Shown piece by piece: positions 17,602 to 26,326 of a stretch of DNA of 46,076 nucleotides. Origin of the DNA: Desulfuromonadales bacterium (GTDB lineage Bacteria; Desulfobacterota; Desulfuromonadia; Desulfuromonadales; DASPGW01); the NCBI GenBank assembly GCA_035620395.1, contig DASPGW010000043.1:1-46076 (forward strand), written 5' to 3'. Made by a program: the position numbers and the translations under genes. A model generated the notes under the pieces. The model was given only the letters and a program-made list of their open reading frames with translations, ran no database searches and had not been told where the DNA came from. Positions within the stretch are counted from its first letter, which is position 1; each line of letters opens with the position of its first letter.

Positions 17602-17632
17602 GAAGCGGCGAAGGAATCCCCGGGAGGAGTCT

Positions 17633-18076
17633 ATGGCGATCGTGAAATGGGACCCGCTGCGCGAGCTGCGGGCGATGCAGGAGCAGATGAACCGGTTGTT
17701 CGAGATGAGCCGCGACCGCACTTTTGGCGAACCCTTCGAACAGGGGCTCTGGCAGCCGCCGGTCGACATCTACGAGGACGACCGGGAGGTGGTGGTGAAG
17801 ATGGAGGTGCCCGAGGTCGAACAGAAAGACATCGACGTGCACATCGAGGAGGGAACCCTGATCATCCAGGGGGAGCGCAAGCTCGAGCGGGAGGAGAAAA
17901 AGCAAAATTACCACCGCATCGAACGCAGCTACGGCACCTTCCGCCGCAGCTTTTCCCTGCCGGGCACCGTGGATCAGGGGGAGGTCAGCGCCACCTGCGA
18001 AAAAGGGGTGCTCAAGGTCGTGCTGCCGAAAAAGGGGGCCGGCCAGTCGCGGCACATCGAGGTGGAAATTAAATAA
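17633..18076 (+). CDS. Hsp20/alpha-crystallin small heat-shock protein
   Basis: ORF track 17549..18076. I moved the start to ATG 17633 (MAIVKWDPLREL) after GGGAGGAG. The alpha-crystallin core includes PPVDIYEDDREVVVKMEVPEV, YGTFRRSFSLPG and GVLKVVLPK. Confidence 0.93.
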   Translation: MAIVKWDPLRELRAMQEQMNRLFEMSRDRTFGEPFEQGLWQPPVDIYEDDREVVVKMEVPEVEQKDIDVHIEEGTLIIQGERKLEREEKKQNYHRIERSYGTFRRSFSLPGTVDQGEVSATCEKGVLKVVLPKKGAGQSRHIEVEIK

Positions 18077-18085
18077 GACCTTGGA

Positions 18086-19204
18086 CTAGATATTCTCCCC
18101 CGCCGGGGCCGGCAGCCTGTCGGTTTCTTTCCCCTGCAGGTAAACCGTGCGGCTGGGAAAGGCGATCTCCAGCCCCATGCCTTCCAGAATCTCCATGATC
18201 TTCAGACAGACATCCTCGCGTATTTCCAGGTGCTCGGGGAGTGCCGCGGTGAAGGTGAAGCACTGGACAAGAATGTCCAGCGAGGAAGCCCCGAACTCGG
18301 TGAAGCGAACGAGGATGTTCTCCTTGTCGATGGCGGGGTGCGCCGCGAGCATGGCGCGGATGAGTTCCACCGCCTGGCGCATCTGGGTCGGCGTGGTGTC
18401 GTAGGTGACGCCGACGGTGAAGCGGATGCGGCGCTGGGTCATGCGGCTGAGGTTGTTGATCGCCATGTTGGTGATGACGCTGTTGGGGACGCTGATCAGG
18501 CTCTTGTCGAAGGTGCGGATCTTGGTCGAGCGGAAGCCGACCTCCTCCACCGTTCCCTCGATATCTCCGGTCCTGATGTTCTCGCCGATGTGGAAGGGGC
18601 GGTCGACGATGATCATGATCGAGCCGAAGACGTTGGCCAGGGTATCCTTGGCCGCCAGGGCCACCGCCAGGCCGCCGATGCCGAGGGAGGCGAGCAGGCC
18701 GGAAATGGAGTAGCCGAGGTTCTGGATGGCCATCAGCACGGCCAGGAAGATGACGAAGATCCGCAGGCTCTTGCGGACGAAGGGCAGCAGGTGATCGTCG
18801 AGGGTCGACTCGGTACGGCTGACCCACTGGCCGAGGTAGGCCTCGAGCAGCGAGACCATGTTGAAGACGAACCAGGCGACGTCGAAGGTGACCAGTATCT
18901 TGAGCAGGGCGTGGGCGAAGCGCCGGACATTGACCGGTTCGGCCGGCAACTGCAGGACCTGCACGGCGACGAAAAGGCCGCCGATGACGATCAGCAATTC
19001 GGCCGGTTTCTTGAGGCCCTGAAGAAAGAGGTCGTCGTAGCGGCTGTCGGTCTTTTCGGCCAGGGGGAAGATGATGTGGGTGAAGACATGCGCCAGGACC
19101 TTTTTCAGGATCAGGGCCAGAAGCAGGATGCCGCAGGCGATGGCGTAACGCCCGAGGCCAATGCCGAGAAAGGTGCCGCTGAATATCTGTTCGATCGCTT
19201 CCAT
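18086..19204 (-). CDS. mechanosensitive ion channel, MscS family
   Basis: N-terminal TM helices are followed by the MscS pore/beta-domain signature LGIGGLAVALAAKDTLANVFGSIMIIVDRPFHIGENIRTGDIEGTVEEVGFRSTKIRT. Confidence 0.9.
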   Translation of the reverse strand: MEAIEQIFSGTFLGIGLGRYAIACGILLLALILKKVLAHVFTHIIFPLAEKTDSRYDDLFLQGLKKPAELLIVIGGLFVAVQVLQLPAEPVNVRRFAHALLKILVTFDVAWFVFNMVSLLEAYLGQWVSRTESTLDDHLLPFVRKSLRIFVIFLAVLMAIQNLGYSISGLLASLGIGGLAVALAAKDTLANVFGSIMIIVDRPFHIGENIRTGDIEGTVEEVGFRSTKIRTFDKSLISVPNSVITNMAINNLSRMTQRRIRFTVGVTYDTTPTQMRQAVELIRAMLAAHPAIDKENILVRFTEFGASSLDILVQCFTFTAALPEHLEIREDVCLKIMEILEGMGLEIAFPSRTVYLQGKETDRLPAPAGENI

Positions 19205-19299
19205 GGGTGTTCTCCTAGGGGGAAAGGCGCCTTTTTAATAGCAGAACCCCCCGGGGAATGCAAGACCTGCGGTGTCCCTGCTCCGGAACGGATCGGTCG

Positions 19300-19328
19300 T
19301 TGGACGCCGGCGGCATTTCTGCTAAAAT
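19300..19328 (+). promoter_or_regulatory. candidate sigma-70 promoter of the aconitase gene
   Basis: TTGGAC (19300-19305), 17-nt spacer, TAAAAT (19323-19328), about 35 nt upstream of the start codon. Confidence 0.45.
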
Positions 19329-19361
19329 CAGAGACTGAACGCAATCAAAGGGAGTAACCAT

Positions 19362-21299
19362 ATGGCAAAAAACCTCACGCACAAGATTCTCGAGGCGCAC
19401 CTGGCGGCAGGGCGTCTCGTTCCCGGCGAGGAGATCGCCATCAAGATCGACCAGACACTGCTGCAGGACGCCACGGGTACCATGGCGATGCTCGAATTCG
19501 AGGCGCTGGGACTTGACCGCGTCAAGGTCGACCTGGCCGCTCAGTATGTCGACCACAATCTGCTGCAGACCGACAACAAGAACGCCGACGACCACCGGTT
19601 TCTGCAGACCGCCTGCGCCCGCTACGGCATCCACTTCAGCCGGCCGGGCAACGGCGTCTCCCACCAGGTGCACATGGAGCGCTTCGGCCGCCCCGGTCTG
19701 ACCATGATCGGCGCCGACAGCCACACGCCGGGCGCTGCCGGGGTCTCGATGCTGGCCATCGGCGCCGGCGGCCTCGACGTGGCGCTGGCGATGGCCGGCC
19801 ATCCCTACCACTTCCCCTGCCCCAAGGTGCTTGGGGTGAAGCTGACGGGGAAGCTTCCCGACTGGGTGAGCGCCAAGGACGTCATCCTCGAGATGCTGCG
19901 CCGCTACGACGTCAAGGGGTGCGTCGGCAAGATCGTCGAATACTACGGGCCGGGGGTGAAGACCCTCTCCGCCACCGACCGCGAGACGATCGGCAACATG
20001 GGGACGGAGCTGGGAGCGACCACCTCCATCTTCCCCTCGGACGAACGGACCCGCGAGTACCTGCAGGCCCAGGGGCGCGGCGACGCCTGGCAGGAGCTGG
20101 CCGCCGACGACGGTTGCGCCTACGACGAGTATGAGGAAATCGACCTGTCGAAGGTCGAGCCGCTGATCGCCTGTCCCACCTCGCCGGGCAACGTCAAGAC
20201 CGTGCGCGAGGTGGCCGGCATCAAGGTCGACCAGGCGATCGTCGGCTCCTCCGTCAACTCCTCCTACCGCGACCTGATGGTGACGACGAAAATTGTCGAG
20301 GGGCGCCATTCTCACCCGGACACCTCCTTCCACATCAACCCGGGCAGCCGCCAGGTGCTGGAAAACGTGGCCGAACAGGGCGGCGTAATGGCGCTGCTGC
20401 TGGCCGGGGCGCGCATCCACCAGTCCGGCTGCCTCGGCTGCATCGGCATGGGTCAGGCGCCCGGCACCGGCCAGGTTTCCCTGCGCACCTTCCCGCGCAA
20501 CTTCCCGGGACGCTCCGGGACCAAGGACGACCAGGTCTACCTCTGCTCGCCGGAGACCGCGGCGGCGGCCGCCCTCAGGGGGGTAATCACCGATCCGCGC
20601 GACCTCGGCCGGGAGATGGCTTACCCGCGCATCCAGGACCCCGAGAAATACCTGGTCGACGAGTCGTCGATCCTCTTCCCTGCCGCCGAACTGCAGAAGA
20701 CCGAGGTGGTGCGGGGGCCCAACATCAGGAAGCTGCCCGACTTCGACCCCCTGCCTGCGGACCTGGAGGCCGAGGTGGTGCTCAGGGTCGAGGACAACAT
20801 CTCCACCGACGGCATCATGCCGGCCGGCAACAAGGTGCTGCCGCTGCGCTCCAACATCGAGGCGATCAGCGAGTTCGTCTTCTACCAGATCGCCCCGGAT
20901 TTCTCCCGGGAATGCAAGCAGAAGGGGAACGTCGTGGTCATCGGCGGCGACAACTACGGTCAGGGCTCCAGTCGCGAGCATGCCGCCCTGGCGCCCCGCT
21001 ATCTCGGCGTGCGGGCCAAGATCGTCAAGAGCTTCGCCCGCATCCACAAGGCCAACCTCTGCAATTTCGGCATCCTGCCGCTCACCTTCAAGAACCCGGA
21101 CGATTACAATTTGTTCGAAAAGGGAAAGAAGGTGGTCTTTCCGAATGTCAGGAAACACCTGGAGGCCGGGGATGTCGAGATCCCGGTCGAGATCGACGGC
21201 AAGACCGTCATCACCCTGCTGGAGGTTTCCGACCGCCAGCGCCAGCACCTGATCGCGGGGGGGACGCTGAATTTCGTGAAGAGCAGGCTGGGAAAATAG
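19362..21299 (+). CDS. aconitate hydratase (645-aa, Aquifex-type putative aconitase subfamily)
   Basis: Diagnostic peptides are IDQTLLQDATG, GADSHTPGAAG, SGCLGCIGMGQAPG (cluster Cys) and GSSREHAALAPRYLG (swivel domain). Confidence 0.9.
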   Translation: MAKNLTHKILEAHLAAGRLVPGEEIAIKIDQTLLQDATGTMAMLEFEALGLDRVKVDLAAQYVDHNLLQTDNKNADDHRFLQTACARYGIHFSRPGNGVSHQVHMERFGRPGLTMIGADSHTPGAAGVSMLAIGAGGLDVALAMAGHPYHFPCPKVLGVKLTGKLPDWVSAKDVILEMLRRYDVKGCVGKIVEYYGPGVKTLSATDRETIGNMGTELGATTSIFPSDERTREYLQAQGRGDAWQELAADDGCAYDEYEEIDLSKVEPLIACPTSPGNVKTVREVAGIKVDQAIVGSSVNSSYRDLMVTTKIVEGRHSHPDTSFHINPGSRQVLENVAEQGGVMALLLAGARIHQSGCLGCIGMGQAPGTGQVSLRTFPRNFPGRSGTKDDQVYLCSPETAAAAALRGVITDPRDLGREMAYPRIQDPEKYLVDESSILFPAAELQKTEVVRGPNIRKLPDFDPLPADLEAEVVLRVEDNISTDGIMPAGNKVLPLRSNIEAISEFVFYQIAPDFSRECKQKGNVVVIGGDNYGQGSSREHAALAPRYLGVRAKIVKSFARIHKANLCNFGILPLTFKNPDDYNLFEKGKKVVFPNVRKHLEAGDVEIPVEIDGKTVITLLEVSDRQRQHLIAGGTLNFVKSRLGK

Positions 21300-21324
21300 G
21301 AACGGGGGGTACAGTCACGCAACC

Positions 21325-21352
21325 AAAGGCGGGTCTTCGGACCCGCCTTTTC
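21325..21352 (+). terminator. rho-independent terminator of the aconitase gene
   Basis: The hairpin is AAAGGCGGGTC-ttcg-GACCCGCCTTT followed by T. Confidence 0.8.
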
Positions 21353-21579
21353 CATGTAGCGGGACCTTCTCCCTTCGGCTCCGGAATCAGTCTCTCGTGA
21401 ACGCCTTTCCAGTCAGGATGCGGACGGCTGCCTGTTGGTCTCAGAATTCTTTAGGACAGGTGGGATCGATTTCTAGACGAATTATTGGACGGGGGTTATC
21501 CGCGGAGGGGGATGGCCCTATCACTCGTGACATATTGGAAAAGCCCGCAAAGCGATCCTCCTTTTACGATTCCCTGGTC

Positions 21580-22029
21580 TCAGTATTTCTGAATCAGGAC
21601 AACCCCCGCCGCGACCATGAAGACGCCGAGGACGCGCGGCAGACTGATCGGATGAACCGGAAAGGCGAATGCGCCGAAGTGGTCAAGGAGAAGAGAGGTG
21701 AGCATCTGACCGGCCAGGACCAGGGCCAGCATGGTGGTGGCGCCGAGCTTGGGAACCAGGAAGATGGTGCTGGCGACAAAAAAAGCGCCGAGTGCGCCCC
21801 CGCTCCAGACCCACCAAGGGGCGGCGCCGAGGCCTGCCACGGGAGGAAGGGGGATACGGGTCGTGATGACGTATAGAGCCAGGCAAACTGTGCCGACAGC
21901 GAAGGAGACTCCGGCGGCGAGGGTGGGCGAACGGGTCAAGTGGCTGAGTTGGGAATTGATGCCGGCCTGGGTGGGGATACAGATCCCCGTAGCGAGAGCG
22001 AGAAGGATGTAGAGCAGGGGATTATTCAT
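21580..22029 (-). CDS. DMT-superfamily half-transporter, DUF606 (YdcZ-like)
   Basis: This is a 149-aa, five-TM protein. MNNPLLYILLALATGICIPTQAGINSQL and the C-terminal VAAGVVLIQKY are typical of DUF606. Confidence 0.75.
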   Translation of the reverse strand: MNNPLLYILLALATGICIPTQAGINSQLSHLTRSPTLAAGVSFAVGTVCLALYVITTRIPLPPVAGLGAAPWWVWSGGALGAFFVASTIFLVPKLGATTMLALVLAGQMLTSLLLDHFGAFAFPVHPISLPRVLGVFMVAAGVVLIQKY

Positions 22030-22193
22030 GAGAAATTCCGGTCGGCTCGATGATGTATCCTGTTATCGGTGATTTATCGAACGGACTTATTCTAAAGGCT
22101 CAACGTCTCGCATCACCTGCCCAGGCAAGTGGGTGAAGCCCGCCGCGGGCAGTCAGGTGCATGCAGATGATAGCTGCCGCCGCAGCCTTTTTC

Positions 22194-24284
22194 TCAGTCG
22201 CTGATGATATCGATCGCAGGGGCTTTCTGCTCGAATGGGTATTGCGGTGCTGTCAGTGGAGTCCCGCCGGTGCCTGGCAGGACCTCGAAGCCCATGTCGA
22301 ACTGGGACAGCGAGTTCTTGAGCAGGTCGTAAGGCTCACGGTTGCCCACCAGCCTGGCCTTGCCGTTGGCAATCTGCTCGTCGAAGCTGGCCTTGCCCAC
22401 CATCACCGTCTCCAGGTCGGAGCGGTTCATGGTGATGGTGAGGTCGGGATTCTTGGCCTGGAAGCCCTTGATGTTGGTCAGCGTGCTGTTGCTCAACTCA
22501 ACGACATGCTCCTCACCGTTATCGGGCGTGACGAAATTGATCACGAAGTGCTTGCCCTCGACTTTGCTCTCATCTAGGCGGATGCCCAGAAAGTCGAGCC
22601 ACAGGTCGGTGGGCATTGCCGTGATCATGTCCGGTCCGGCGGACTTGGGCGAGGTGCCCTTGGGAATGCCATGGCGCAACTCGAAGGCACCGGCAAGGAA
22701 GCTGTTTCGCACACTGGCGCTTTCTTGCTGGTAGCCGATCTGCTCGTAGACATCGGCCAGCAGGCTCCTAGCCGCCTGATTGTTCGGTTCGGCAAACACC
22801 AGCTTGTTGAGGATCTCCACCGCGTACAGGTACTTGCCTTGGTCGTAAAGATCCTTACCCCTGGCCACGATCCTGTCGGCGCCTCCCATCATTTCCACAT
22901 ATAGCGGGGCGGAGTCGCGCGGTGACAGCGGGATCAGGTTGGCCGGATTGGCATCCCAGTATCCGATGTATTTGTTGACCACCGCACGGCTGTTGTTCGC
23001 CTCGGAGCCGTGATAGCTGTGTGCCGCCCAGTTCTGTTCCAGGCTCTTGGGAAGGCGGTACACGTTGTGGATTTCGTTGATGGTCACGCCCTGGTTGACG
23101 AGGTGCAGGACCTGGTTGTTCAGGTTGGCGTAAACGTCACGCTGGGTACGCATCACCTCCTGGATACGGTCGTTGCCCCAGCGCGGCCAGTTGTGGGCGG
23201 CGAACATCACTTGCGCCTCGCCGCCGAAGCGATACAGTGCCTCGTTGATCTCCTTGGACCACCTCAGGGCATCGCGCACCGGGGCACCCCGCAGGGTGTA
23301 GATGTTATGAATGGAGCCGACGATGTTCTCCGCCGCCCAGAAGGCCTTTAGGTCCGGGAACCAGGTATTCATCTCGGCAGGGGCCTCGGTGCCCGGGGTG
23401 TTCTGGAATACCATCTTCACGCCGTCCACGGTTAGTTCTTCAATATCGTCCCTGATGACCACGTTGGGCGGAATCAGGCCCAGGTTGCCGGCGGCGGTGT
23501 TCTTGCCGATGGCCTGGTCGACGTGGCCGAAGGGGCTGCGCGGCAGGAGCACGCCGTATTGATAGAACATGCGGCGGGTCATGGCGTTGCCGGCATAGAC
23601 GTTTTCGGCCACGGCATGCTGCATGAAACCCACGGGGGCGATCAGCTTGACCTTGCCGCTCTTCACGTCTTCCTCATCCACCACGCCGCGCACTCCACCG
23701 AAGTGGTCGCCGTGGGAGTGGGAGTAGACCACCGCCACCACCGGGAGCTTGCCGACTTTCTCGTTGATGAAATCCAGAGCAGCCTTGGCGGTTTCCTTGC
23801 ACGTAAGCGGGTCAAAAACAATCCAGCCGGTATCGCCCTTAATAAAGGAGATGTTGGCCAGATCGTAGCCACGCACCTGGTAGATTCTCCCAAACACGAC
23901 CTCGTAAAGGCCAAAGCCCATGTTCAGGATCGCCTGACGTTGTAGCGAGGGGTGAATGCTGTCGAAGTCCTTGCCGTCAAGCAGGAACTCGTAGCTCCCG
24001 ATATCCCAGGCCACGTTGCCAGCCTCGGCCATGATCTGCTTGTAGGGTGGCGCAGCAATGAAGCCCTGCTTGGACTCCTCGAAGTCGCGCTTGTCCTCGA
24101 ATGGCAGGGATTTGCGCAGCCCATTCTGCAATTCGATGGTGAATTTCGACGGCATCTTCCCCATGGGATCGAAGTGCTTGGTCGTGTCGGCGGTAATAAC
24201 CGCCCCGCCACCGGCAGCAAGACTTGTGACGGCCATGGCAATCATTGCAATCGCGAGGCAGACTGTTTTGGGGGAAATTTTCAT
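22194..24284 (-). CDS. secreted MBL-fold alkyl/aryl-sulfatase (SdsA1/YjcS/BDS1 family)
   Basis: A signal peptide is present. The metallo-beta-lactamase motif is VVYSHSHGDHFGG. A long C-terminal dimerisation/SCP2-like region typical of the family follows. Lower G+C than the flanks (31/60 on the line at 22801). Confidence 0.88.
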   Translation of the reverse strand: MKISPKTVCLAIAMIAMAVTSLAAGGGAVITADTTKHFDPMGKMPSKFTIELQNGLRKSLPFEDKRDFEESKQGFIAAPPYKQIMAEAGNVAWDIGSYEFLLDGKDFDSIHPSLQRQAILNMGFGLYEVVFGRIYQVRGYDLANISFIKGDTGWIVFDPLTCKETAKAALDFINEKVGKLPVVAVVYSHSHGDHFGGVRGVVDEEDVKSGKVKLIAPVGFMQHAVAENVYAGNAMTRRMFYQYGVLLPRSPFGHVDQAIGKNTAAGNLGLIPPNVVIRDDIEELTVDGVKMVFQNTPGTEAPAEMNTWFPDLKAFWAAENIVGSIHNIYTLRGAPVRDALRWSKEINEALYRFGGEAQVMFAAHNWPRWGNDRIQEVMRTQRDVYANLNNQVLHLVNQGVTINEIHNVYRLPKSLEQNWAAHSYHGSEANNSRAVVNKYIGYWDANPANLIPLSPRDSAPLYVEMMGGADRIVARGKDLYDQGKYLYAVEILNKLVFAEPNNQAARSLLADVYEQIGYQQESASVRNSFLAGAFELRHGIPKGTSPKSAGPDMITAMPTDLWLDFLGIRLDESKVEGKHFVINFVTPDNGEEHVVELSNSTLTNIKGFQAKNPDLTITMNRSDLETVMVGKASFDEQIANGKARLVGNREPYDLLKNSLSQFDMGFEVLPGTGGTPLTAPQYPFEQKAPAIDIISD

Positions 24285-24716
24285 GGCTCACGCTCCCTGT
24301 GGTTTGCACCTCGGTGGTTACATTTCTGCAATATCAATCGATGATCGACTTTAGCTGGTTTTCATGCTTCTACAGCACCTGCAATCCACAAAAGTAGCTT
24401 TGTGGTCAATCCTTAGGCACTAAGTGGGTGGGAACAGGCTGGCACGGATCAGTATTGTCATCCAAGAAGTTGTCTCACAGAAAATGACGGCGGTCAGCGA
24501 GCTACCGCGAAGCGTTTCACGTATTCACAGGGACATACGAAAAGCCCACGGTGCCAAGATCATGGGCTTTTCTTGTGCGGCGGGAGAAATGTGATTGGCG
24601 CGGGCCGTTTAATAAATATGATAGAGAAGCCAGGCTCTTTTCGCGGCAACCGTCCCTCTTGTCGTTTCCATAGCCCATATCAGGCGGGCTTGTTGTTCCT
24701 CGTCAGATAATGTTCG

Positions 24717-24911
24717 TTAATACGGAGCGCGTCGCTCGAACCCTGAGTAATCTGCATTTCCACCTGGGTTCCTCAATGTCCCGGTTTCGATGTTTACCCA
24801 TCCCTCAGTGCGCTCGAAGCTGTCAATCGCCTTGCTGGCAATCAGCTTCTTCAGCTCGTGGGGACGTACCAGCCGTTTTTGTCCGTCAGTGTACTTAATT
24901 TGGATCATCAT
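24717..24911 (-). CDS. small conserved hypothetical protein (64 aa), possibly GSU3473-like family
   Basis: ORF track 24717..24971. I moved the start to ATG 24911 (MMIQIKYTDGQKRLVRPHELKKLIASKAIDSFERTEGWVNIETGTLRNPGG...), preceded by GGAAGGAGAG. The family name is from memory and is tentative. Confidence 0.6.
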   Translation of the reverse strand: MMIQIKYTDGQKRLVRPHELKKLIASKAIDSFERTEGWVNIETGTLRNPGGNADYSGFERRAPY

Positions 24912-25160
24912 GGATCTTCTCTCCTTCCAAAAAAACTTCTCTTTTAGATCCATTATACATTCCCCCAGCATTAAGATGGTTGTCGTGTAAACCTCCGGAG
25001 ATTAGTCCCACATTCCCTCCATTGTGAGAACCCCGATCAAAGCCAGCTTGGGGAATGAATGGCAGAAACAAGCGGTGCCAAATTGGCCCCAATTTGTTGC
25101 CATTTTGGTACCACTATGTTAGTCTTGCAGCAGATCAGCCTATACACGGAGGTAGACATC

Positions 25161-25430
25161 ATGGCTGCAAAGGTCGAAACACGCATTTCAGCACGAGTGC
25201 CCGAGCACGTTTACGAGACTCTCACCCGCGCGGCCGAGCTGTGCGGAGCGACAATTAATCAATTTCTAGTTCAATCTGCACTCGATCGAGCGCGGACAGT
25301 GATCGAGGAGGAGAGTCTTATTCGCTTGGACGTGGAGGCAGCGAGGCGGTTTTTCGACGCGATCGAGAACCCACCAGCGCCGAACGAGAAATTGCTAGCG
25401 GCCTTCCGCATTCATAAGGAGCGGCTATAA
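25161..25430 (+). CDS. DUF1778 (TacA-like, RHH) antitoxin
   Basis: ORF track 25059..25430. I moved the start to ATG 25161 (MAAKVETRISARVPEHVYETLTRAAELCGATINQFLVQSAL) after GGAGG. The stop lies 1 nt before the toxin ATG. Confidence 0.85.
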   Translation: MAAKVETRISARVPEHVYETLTRAAELCGATINQFLVQSALDRARTVIEEESLIRLDVEAARRFFDAIENPPAPNEKLLAAFRIHKERL

Positions 25431-25431
25431 A

Positions 25432-25941
25432 ATGCTTCGCATCGAACTTCTTTCGCGGGGACACGACCGCGAAGGCTTTAGCTGCGGCGAGCGGGACTTG
25501 GACGACTATCTCAAAAGGACCGCTCGCCAGCACAATGACAAAGGGATCTCGCGCACCTTCGTCCTCGTCGATTCGGATGAGCCGGCGAAGATCCTGGGCT
25601 TTTTCACTCTGGCGAGCTACGCCGTCGTGGCGGCGGAACTGCCGCCCGAATACGCGAAAAAATACCCTTGCAAAGCGCCCGCTGCCAAACTGGCCCGCTT
25701 GGCGGTAGCGAGGGATCAGCAACGCCAAGGGTTCGGTGGTCTCATGATGGTCGAGGCCATGCGGCGCACCCTTGCCGTTGCCGAAAACATCGGGATCATC
25801 GGCTTTTTCGTGGATGCGAAGAACCAGGGCGCCCGCGAGTATTACGAGCAGTATGGCTTTGTAGCCCTGCCCGACCATCCGCTCGCCCTCTTTTTGCCGC
25901 TGGCCACGCTGGCTGCTGCGGTTGAGTCGCTTGGCAATTGA
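25432..25941 (+). CDS. GNAT-family acetyltransferase toxin (TacT/AtaT-like)
   Basis: The N-terminus has HDREGFSCGERDLDDYLKRTA. The acetyl-CoA loop is ARDQQRQGFGGLMMVEAM. The C-terminal part has AREYYEQYGFVAL. Pairing with a DUF1778 gene is diagnostic for this TA class. Confidence 0.85.
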   Translation: MLRIELLSRGHDREGFSCGERDLDDYLKRTARQHNDKGISRTFVLVDSDEPAKILGFFTLASYAVVAAELPPEYAKKYPCKAPAAKLARLAVARDQQRQGFGGLMMVEAMRRTLAVAENIGIIGFFVDAKNQGAREYYEQYGFVALPDHPLALFLPLATLAAAVESLGN

Positions 25942-25988
25942 GATGGCTACAGGCCCGGTCAACACTGGCCAGGGGGCGCCCACCACGT

Positions 25989-26033
25989 ACAATAATGGCC
26001 ATCCCGTGCATCCCCCGGGGTGGCCATTATTGT
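25989..26033. repeat. 13-bp perfect inverted repeat with 19-nt spacer
   Basis: ACAATAATGGCCA (25989-26001) and TGGCCATTATTGT (26021-26033) lie between the convergent toxin and tautomerase genes. A third ATGGCCA occurs about 25 nt further on. Confidence 0.6.
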
Positions 26034-26108
26034 GTCTGAAATATATCCATCAATCAGAATGGCCAATTTTGTCTCTAAGCCGGTGTGTTATGAGAAGAGG
26101 CCGGGAAA

Positions 26109-26312
26109 CTATTTCCCAGCCTTGCGTCTGACTGTGACCGTCTCACCCGCAATTCCCCAGTTGTCAGTGTCTACCTCGTCGATGACGACGACGGTCGTCG
26201 CCGGGTTCTTGCCAAGCACGTCGACCAGCAACTGGGTCGCCCCTTTGATCAACAGGGCCTTCTGCTCGGCGGTGGCCCCTTCCTTGGTGATTTTGATATT
26301 GACGTACGGCAT
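26109..26312 (-). CDS. 4-oxalocrotonate tautomerase family protein
   Basis: This is a 67-aa protein. MPYVNIKITKEGATAEQKALLIKGATQLLVDVLGK carries the catalytic Pro1 context. Confidence 0.88.
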   Translation of the reverse strand: MPYVNIKITKEGATAEQKALLIKGATQLLVDVLGKNPATTVVVIDEVDTDNWGIAGETVTVRRKAGK

Positions 26313-26326
26313 GATGCGGTTCCTTT

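Noticed and set aside
21397-21876. A plus-strand 159-aa ORF overlaps the DUF606 gene.
   Set aside because: The minus-strand frame gives a clean five-TM DUF606 protein. The plus-strand product has no motifs and an implausible composition.
24440-24458. TGGCAC…TTGT resembles a sigma-54 -24/-12 promoter upstream of the sulfatase region. A similar TGGTATTGGCAGCA occurs at about 1480.
   Set aside because: The spacing between the GG and the GC/TTG elements is wrong by 2-4 nt relative to the TGGCACG-N4-TTGC consensus.
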